A stretch of DNA of 20,470 bases from Myxococcota bacterium (lineage in GTDB: Bacteria > Myxococcota_A > UBA9160 > UBA4427): contig JAYZFK010000057.1 in NCBI GenBank assembly GCA_036336835.1, positions 1-20,470 on the forward strand, written 5' to 3'. Below are positions 15,106 through 20,470 of the stretch, piece by piece. How positions within the stretch are numbered: the stretch's first letter is position 1; each line of letters begins with the position of its first letter. The notes under the pieces were generated by a model, which saw only the letters and a list, made by a program, of their open reading frames with translations, ran no database searches and was not told where the DNA came from. The position numbers and the translations under genes were made by a program.

Positions 15106-15891
15106 ATGGGACGTCTGGACGGAAAGGTCGCGATCGTCACCGGTGCGGCGCGAGGCACTGGCGCGGCAACGGCGCGCGCGCTGGTGGCCGCCGGCGCAAA
15201 GGTCGTGCTCGGTGATCTACTGGACGATCTCGGGGAGGCAGTGGCCAAGGAGCTCGGCGATGCGGCCCGCTACCTCCACATGGACATCACGCGCGAGCAG
15301 GACTGGAGCCGCGCCATCGACAGCGCCCACGACTTCGGCCCGCTGGGCGTGCTGGTGAACAACGCCGCCATCCTGCACATCGCGCCGATCGAGCAGACGA
15401 GTGCCGAGGACTATCTGCGCGTCGTCACGGTGAACGAGCTGGGAACGTTCCTCGGCGTGCGCTCCGCGATCGAGCCCATGCGCGCCGCGGGAGGCGGCTC
15501 CATCATCAACATCTCCTCGATCGACGGCTGGTACGCGGCCCCCGGCACATCGGCCTACTCGGCCAGCAAATTTGCCGTGCGCGGCATCACCAAGGTCGCG
15601 GCACTCGAGCTGGGCCGTTACGGCATCCGCGTGAACTCGCTCAACCCCGCGGCCGGCAGCTCCGAGATGGTCGAGCCGTTCCTCTCGCCCGAAGCAATGC
15701 GGGCGCGCCAGCGCGATCGCGCGCGCGAGGTCCCGCTCGGCCGCGGCGGTCGGGTAGAAGACGTCGCCCAGGCAGTGGTGTTCCTGGCCTCGGACGAAAG
15801 CAGCTTCTTCCACGGCGCCGATCTCGCGCTCGACGGAGGCATCACCGCGGGCATGGTGATCCCGGGCCCGATCCCCGGCGAGCGACGCTGA
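15106..15891 (+). CDS. Classical NAD-dependent SDR, 3alpha/20beta-hydroxysteroid dehydrogenase-like
   Basis: VTGAARGTG, Asp at the end of beta2 (VLGD), NNAA, NISS, YSASK, DGG. SD GAGGAG before ATG 15106. Confidence 0.92.
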   Translation: MGRLDGKVAIVTGAARGTGAATARALVAAGAKVVLGDLLDDLGEAVAKELGDAARYLHMDITREQDWSRAIDSAHDFGPLGVLVNNAAILHIAPIEQTSAEDYLRVVTVNELGTFLGVRSAIEPMRAAGGGSIINISSIDGWYAAPGTSAYSASKFAVRGITKVAALELGRYGIRVNSLNPAAGSSEMVEPFLSPEAMRARQRDRAREVPLGRGGRVEDVAQAVVFLASDESSFFHGADLALDGGITAGMVIPGPIPGERR

Positions 15892-15900
15892 GCGCAACCC

Positions 15901-16809
15901 GTGCAAGACGACGCGACACCGCTGATCATCGAGGCGGCCCTGAATGGGAGCACGTCGAGGGATGCCAATCCGAACGTCCCGCGCAACGCCGCAGAGCTTG
16001 CCGCAGACGGACTGCGCTGCCTGCGTGCCGGGGCCTCCGTGATCCACACGCACGCCGCGAATCCTCACGCGCCACCGGAAGCGGCGGCGCAGCTCTATCT
16101 CGAGCACTTCGAGCCGATCCTGGCCGAGACACCCGATGCCCTGCTCTACCCGACGACGGTGTTCGACGCCCCGGTGGAGGAGCGAGTGGGACATCTGCCA
16201 CTGCTGGCGCGCCGCTGCTCGCTGCGGATCGGCCTGATGGAGCCGGGCTCCGGCAACTTCGCGCCCAGCGACGAGGACGGACTCCCGCTGGAGTCGGACC
16301 GCGTCTACACCAACACGACGCGCGACATCCGCTACATGGCGGAGCTCTGTGCACGGCTCCGGCTCGGCCCGAGCATGGTGATCTTCGAGCCGGGTTTCCT
16401 GCGCTGCGCACTCGCCTACGAGCGCGCCGGGCGCCTACCGCAGGGGGCGTTCCTGCGTCTGACACTGTGCGGCGAGCAGAGCTACCGCGGACCCGGAAGA
16501 GTCGATCTGCTGTGCGGACTGCCCAATACGCCGAGCGCCCTCGATGCGTACCTCGCGATGCTCGGGGACAGCCGGATGTCGTGGGCTGTCAGCGTCGTCT
16601 CGGGAGACGTCTTCGAGCGGGGAGTCGCCCGCCACGCCCTCGAGCGCGGGGGGCACCTGCGCGTGGGACTCGAGGACTACGCGGGGCCCGACGCGCCCTG
16701 CAACGAGGAGCTGGTGCGGCGGGCGGTGGAGCTGGCGGGCGAGATCGGTCGCCCGGTCGCGAGTCCGAAAGAGGCCGCCACGCTATTGGACCTGCCGACA
16801 CAGGACTGA
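15901..16809 (+). CDS. Beta-keto acid cleavage enzyme family (BKACE, DUF849/Kce-like)
   Basis: PLIIEAALNG, PNVP, GASVIHTH (HxH), FEPGFLR, GGHLRVGLED, NEELV..GRPVASPKEA. Confidence 0.92.
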   Translation: MQDDATPLIIEAALNGSTSRDANPNVPRNAAELAADGLRCLRAGASVIHTHAANPHAPPEAAAQLYLEHFEPILAETPDALLYPTTVFDAPVEERVGHLPLLARRCSLRIGLMEPGSGNFAPSDEDGLPLESDRVYTNTTRDIRYMAELCARLRLGPSMVIFEPGFLRCALAYERAGRLPQGAFLRLTLCGEQSYRGPGRVDLLCGLPNTPSALDAYLAMLGDSRMSWAVSVVSGDVFERGVARHALERGGHLRVGLEDYAGPDAPCNEELVRRAVELAGEIGRPVASPKEAATLLDLPTQD

Positions 16810-16865
16810 GGCACCTCGGCTCGCCTCCCACCCGCGCGGGACACCTGCCGCTGCCCCAGCGCCGC

Positions 16866-17846
16866 TCAGCTGGCGCGGAGGTACGGGTGCACCTCGCCCT
16901 CGTAGAGCTTCAGCATCTCCCACGACGCATCCAGTTCGACCCCGGCGAGCAGCGGGTTCAGGAAGAGCACGCTGTCGTCGCCGAGCGCTTCGGCGAGCTC
17001 GAGCGCCCCCTCGGGCGTACACACCCGGTAGCCCGGGCTCTGCTTCACGGTGTCCTCGGTCATGGCCTCGGCATAGGGACCGGCGGGGCGGCCGAAGGCT
17101 TCTATCGTCCACTCGCTGTACGAGCGAAGCTGATGCAGCACGTGTGGCATCAGGCGCTCCCAGGCGCGCTCTGGATCCTTCGCGATCCACAGGAAGATGG
17201 GCCCGTGAGTCGGATAGTCCCCCGGATCGGGCTTGCCGAGCTTCCGACACTCTTCGCGGTAGGGCGGCCAGAGGCGCGGATCGAGCGGCGGATACCAGCC
17301 GTCGGCGATGCGCGCGGCGCGGCGCGCGGCTGCGGCCGAGCCGCCGCCGAGCAGGATCGGCGGCGCGGGCTCGGGCTTCGGTGTGACGTGGCAGCGTCGC
17401 CCCTGCCACTCGAAGGGCTCACCCGTCCAGGCGCGACGCAGCACCTCGATCGTATCCCCGATCGCCTTCCAGCGATCGTCGAGACGGCGCCCGAAGCTCT
17501 CGAACTCGACGGGACGGTAGCCGCCACCGATGCCGAGGATCAGGCGACCGCCGGTCGCGAGCTGCGTGACGGCGGCGTCCTCGGCGAGCTTGATCGGATC
17601 ATAGAGCGGGGCGAGCAGCACCGAGGTGCGCAGGCCGATGCGCCGGGTCCGCGCGCCCATCGCCGCCGCCAGAACGAGCGGCGACGGATTGTAGCCGTCG
17701 CTCGAGCAGTGGTGTTCGCCGAGGCCGATGTTGTCGAAGCCGAGATCGTCGGCCCAGGCCGCTTGATCGAGCGCCGCGGCGTAGAGCTCACGGGCGGGCG
17801 TGCCGAAGTCCGGCGCGCGCATGTCGTAGCTGATCTCGAGCTTCAC
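16866..17846 (-). CDS. LLM-class flavin-dependent oxidoreductase (luciferase-like)
   Basis: ADDLGFD..GEHH..DGYNPSP, PIKLAEDAA, GRLILGIGGGYRPVEF, ARRAARIADG. Start GTG 17846. Confidence 0.92.
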   Translation of the reverse strand: MKLEISYDMRAPDFGTPARELYAAALDQAAWADDLGFDNIGLGEHHCSSDGYNPSPLVLAAAMGARTRRIGLRTSVLLAPLYDPIKLAEDAAVTQLATGGRLILGIGGGYRPVEFESFGRRLDDRWKAIGDTIEVLRRAWTGEPFEWQGRRCHVTPKPEPAPPILLGGGSAAAARRAARIADGWYPPLDPRLWPPYREECRKLGKPDPGDYPTHGPIFLWIAKDPERAWERLMPHVLHQLRSYSEWTIEAFGRPAGPYAEAMTEDTVKQSPGYRVCTPEGALELAEALGDDSVLFLNPLLAGVELDASWEMLKLYEGEVHPYLRAS

Positions 17847-17908
17847 CTCGTCACCCCTTGTCCTCGTCGGCACGGCGGCTGGACAGGCGTTCGTTCCGCC
17901 CAGCGCGC

Positions 17909-17936
17909 TCGACCCGTCGCCGAGCGACGTGGTCGA
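17909..17936 (-). other. 12-bp hairpin immediately downstream of the thioesterase stop
   Basis: TCGACC-CGTCGC-(CGA)-GCGACG-T-GGTCGA with a one-base bulge; no U-tract. Confidence 0.4.
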
Positions 17937-17940
17937 CCGG

Positions 17941-18810
17941 TCAGCGAGCGTGCTCCGGCATCACGATGCGGTAGTTCACGGTCCCGCGAGCCACCAATCG
18001 ACCGCTCGGGCGCTGGGCGATCTCCACTTCCGAGAACAGGAGCTCGCGATCGCGGTGCACGACCCGGCCGTAGCCCACCAGATCGCCGGGCGGTGGCGCT
18101 GCCAGGATCGCTGCCTGGATGCCCGGAGTCGACGCCTTGAATCGACCGGGTCCCGTCTCGGCCCAGGCCGCCATGGCCCCGGTGGTGTCGAGCAGCGCGA
18201 GGACCGCCCCCTCGTGGACGCCTCCCGACGCGTCGGCGTTCGTCTCCAGCCAGGGCATCGCGATGCGCGAGCGTCCGCCCGCCATCTGCTCGGCCGTCAG
18301 GCCGAGCTTCCCGTGAAAGGGAACGCGGTGGATGAAGGGCCCCATCGGGCCGCGGTCGGCCTCCCCGTCGTCGCCGTGCGCTGCGGGCGTCGCCGACTCG
18401 GCGTCGGCGAAGCGACCGCGTACGCTCATCAGGCCCCGGGCGACCGGCTTGCCCTGCTCCGTGCGCACCTCGACATCTGCGTAGGCAAGCTCCTTGCCGC
18501 GCCGCAGCAGCCGCGCCTCCGCCCGGATCGTCTCGCCCAACGCAGCCGACAGATAGGCGACCTGGATCGCGGCCGTGTGCCACGGCCCGCTCTCCTCGCC
18601 GAGCGCGGCGCGCGCAACGGCCTGACCCGCCAGGTCGATCATCGAGGCGGCCACCCCGCCGTGGAGCGCCCCGTCGCCGTTGGAGTTCTCCGTCTCGAAG
18701 GGGAGCAGGAGAGACACACGCTCTTGCGAGATCGCTTCGCTGCGCACTCCCAGCGCCGCGCCGTAGGGCGAATCCTCGAGCCAGCTCCGGAGCCAGTCCA
18801 CGCGGTTCAC
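17941..18810 (-). CDS. Tandem (double) PaaI-type hotdog-fold thioesterase
   Basis: Domain 1 NGDGALHGGVAASMID; domain 2 DASGGVHEGAVLALLD. GTG start overlaps the ADH stop (GTGA 18807-18810). Confidence 0.88.
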   Translation of the reverse strand: MNRVDWLRSWLEDSPYGAALGVRSEAISQERVSLLLPFETENSNGDGALHGGVAASMIDLAGQAVARAALGEESGPWHTAAIQVAYLSAALGETIRAEARLLRRGKELAYADVEVRTEQGKPVARGLMSVRGRFADAESATPAAHGDDGEADRGPMGPFIHRVPFHGKLGLTAEQMAGGRSRIAMPWLETNADASGGVHEGAVLALLDTTGAMAAWAETGPGRFKASTPGIQAAILAAPPPGDLVGYGRVVHRDRELLFSEVEIAQRPSGRLVARGTVNYRIVMPEHAR

Positions 18811-19904
18811 TCCTTGCCGGGCAACAGACACGAGTGGATCGACTCCTCGCCGGGGATCTCGCGCGCCAGGGTGCGGATCGCCGTCTCGGCCTCGCGCAGC
18901 GAGAAGTCGTGTGTGTGCATCGTCGCAATCGGTGTGCGGCGCGACTCGATCAGGCGCACGGCCGCGTCGTAGGCGTTCCAGGTCACACCCATCGCCCCCT
19001 GGACCCGCAGCTCCTTCAGCACGACCTTGTCCGACACGAAGTCCGGCACCGGCTTCATGCCCTTGACGCCCGCGAGCACGATGGTTCCGCCCTGGGTTGC
19101 ATAGTCGAGCGCTCCGGCAACGGGCTCGGTGGCGTAGGCGGACACGTCCACGACGACGTCCGCCCCGCGTCCCTCGGTGATCTCGCGGATGCGGTGGCGG
19201 ACATCCTCACGCTCCACGTCGAGGGTGAAGTCCGCGCCGAAGTCCCGCGCGAGGGCGAGCTTGCGTGCGTCGGCGGTCAGACCCGTGACGATGATCGTCC
19301 CCGCCCCGACCTCGCGAGCGGCGAGCACGGAGCACAAGCCCCGCTGGCCCGGTCCGAGGATCACGACGGTGTCACCCGGCTTGGTCTGCGGAAGCTCGAC
19401 AGCCCAGCGGAAGCCCGCGCCGAGGGGATTGAACATGACGGCGATCTCGGGGGGCAGCGTCGCGTCGACCTTGTGAACGACCGAATTCGGGGCGACATAC
19501 ATGTACTCGGCGTAGGCGCCCCACAGTCCCGGCGGTTCGGAGAGCGGGATGTAGGAGTAGATCCGCCGCCTGTGGCACAGGTGATAGGCGCCGTTCAGGC
19601 AGCGGGGACAGGCGCGGCATCCGAGCATGGTCTCCACCGCAATGCGGTCGCCCACATCCACTCCCCAGCGCTGGGCAGCCGTGTCCCCGATTGCCTCGAT
19701 GATACCGAGCGGCTCGTGACCCGGAACGACGGGGAACGAGACGGGCAGCACACCTGCAAACTGCTCGTGATCACTTCCGCAGATGCCGCAGGCCTCCACC
19801 CGCAACAGCGCGTCGTCGTCTCCGATCTCGGGAATCGGAAGGTCGCGCGGCTCGAGCTTCCCGGGGCCGGTCTGCACCATCGCGAGACAAGTTCGGGGCG
19901 GCAT
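18807..19904 (-). CDS. Zinc-dependent alcohol dehydrogenase (MDR superfamily)
   Basis: ACGICGSD, GHEP, structural Zn CRACPRC..C, Rossmann ILGPGQRG, GADVVVD. Confidence 0.93.
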   Translation of the reverse strand: MPPRTCLAMVQTGPGKLEPRDLPIPEIGDDDALLRVEACGICGSDHEQFAGVLPVSFPVVPGHEPLGIIEAIGDTAAQRWGVDVGDRIAVETMLGCRACPRCLNGAYHLCHRRRIYSYIPLSEPPGLWGAYAEYMYVAPNSVVHKVDATLPPEIAVMFNPLGAGFRWAVELPQTKPGDTVVILGPGQRGLCSVLAAREVGAGTIIVTGLTADARKLALARDFGADFTLDVEREDVRHRIREITEGRGADVVVDVSAYATEPVAGALDYATQGGTIVLAGVKGMKPVPDFVSDKVVLKELRVQGAMGVTWNAYDAAVRLIESRRTPIATMHTHDFSLREAETAIRTLAREIPGEESIHSCLLPGKE

Positions 19905-19907
19905 GCC

Positions 19908-19946
19908 CGATATCCTATCGACAAATCGGGCTTCCGATAGTATCGG
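19908..19946. promoter_or_regulatory. Divergent promoter region with paired CGATA/TATCG palindromes
   Basis: CGATA-TCC-TATCG (19908-19920) and CCGATA-G-TATCGG (19934-19946). These contain TAGGAT (- strand, 19912-19917) and TAGTAT (+ strand, 19938-19943). Confidence 0.5.
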
Positions 19947-19995
19947 CGGGAACTCGACGCCTGATCTGCCGCACGACGCGGCAAAGGAGCGGCGC

Positions 19996-20470
19996 GTGAC
20001 GAAACCAGGCGGACCCGCGCGCGAGGTCCGGCAGGTGAACGCGGGCGGCCACCGACTCCGCTGCTCGCTCTCGGGGAGCGGAGAGACGACCTTCCTGTGC
20101 CTGCACGGGCTGGTGGACCGCAGCGAGATCTGGGATCGGCTCGTCCCCGGGCTGGCGACGCGCGGCCGCGTCCTCTGCGTGGACCAACGGGGCCACGGGG
20201 GCTCGGAGACTCCCCCCGGACCCTACGCGCGGGAGGACCTGGCGCGCGACGCGGTCTGCGTGCTGGAGGCACTCGGGGTCACACGAGCGGTGCTCGTCGG
20301 CCACTCGATGGGCGGCGTCGTCGCGATGACCACCGCCCTCGCCTACCCCGACCGCGTTGCGGGCCTGGTGCTGATCGGCACGGCGAGCCAATGCAGCCAG
20401 AAGGTGGCCGGCTGGTACGAGCGGATCGCTCGCGCGGGCGAGTCCGAGGGACTCGCCGCCATCGCGCGTG
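19996..20470 (+). CDS. Alpha/beta hydrolase (PcaD/enol-lactonase-like), truncated by the window edge
   Basis: Not in the ORF track; translated manually. SD AAGGAG, GTG 19996, then LCLHGL, VDQRGHGGS, PGPY, VGHSMGG (GxSxG), YPDRVAGLVL. Confidence 0.9.
   Translation, partial: MTKPGGPAREVRQVNAGGHRLRCSLSGSGETTFLCLHGLVDRSEIWDRLVPGLATRGRVLCVDQRGHGGSETPPGPYAREDLARDAVCVLEALGVTRAVLVGHSMGGVVAMTTALAYPDRVAGLVLIGTASQCSQKVAGWYERIARAGESEGLAAIAR

Noticed and set aside
15106..15891. Mycofactocin-dependent SDR or a definite steroid dehydrogenase assignment
   Set aside because: No characteristic insertion after beta2 and no mft genes in the window; substrate cannot be read from motifs.
88..16865. Short GC palindromes at convergent junctions (TCCCGCGGGA 104-113; CCCGCGCGGG 16831-16840) as terminators or REP elements
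   Set aside because: No loop or U-tract, too short, and likely by chance at this GC content.
224..20391. Many long alternative-frame or antisense ORFs (e.g. 7459-8835, 12625-13965, 16467-18140, 18834-19940, 19915-20391)
   Set aside because: They shadow well-supported genes, have Arg/Ala/Pro-rich or mirror composition and no motifs; expected from stop-codon scarcity in high-GC DNA.
1..20470. CRISPR arrays, tRNA/rRNA, IS elements, prophage or defence genes
   Set aside because: No spaced direct repeats, cloverleafs, transposase/integrase motifs or nuclease domains seen; intergenic gaps are all under about 250 nt.

Overview
GC-rich bacterial DNA, almost fully coding, with about 20 genes. No rRNA, tRNA, CRISPR array or mobile element was seen. 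An outer-membrane beta-barrel, a lipoprotein and a c-type heme motif point to a diderm organism, while the catabolic gene set resembles actinobacterial lipid/steroid degradation. This mix suggests Myxococcota/Binatota-like genomes (inference only). Catabolic genes: two Cys-less thiolase-like/DUF35 pairs, two SDRs, an MFS transporter, a BKACE, an LLM-class flavin oxidoreductase, a double-hotdog PaaI thioesterase, a Zn-dependent ADH and a partial alpha/beta hydrolase. Other genes: an orphan PAS-PAS hybrid kinase and a divergent OMP/Wzy-like pair. The best candidate for an undescribed system is a minus-strand five-gene run (14501->8891): an exported CxxCH heme-c/Vgb-like beta-propeller protein coupled to an exported SxxK serine hydrolase, then an Ltp2-like aldolase, DUF35 and a tandem EthD-like protein. 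Its first start codon shares a CATG with a divergent lipoprotein gene. The first SDR has lost its catalytic YxxxK segment through an internal frameshifting deletion. All family calls come from motif recognition by eye, not database searches.
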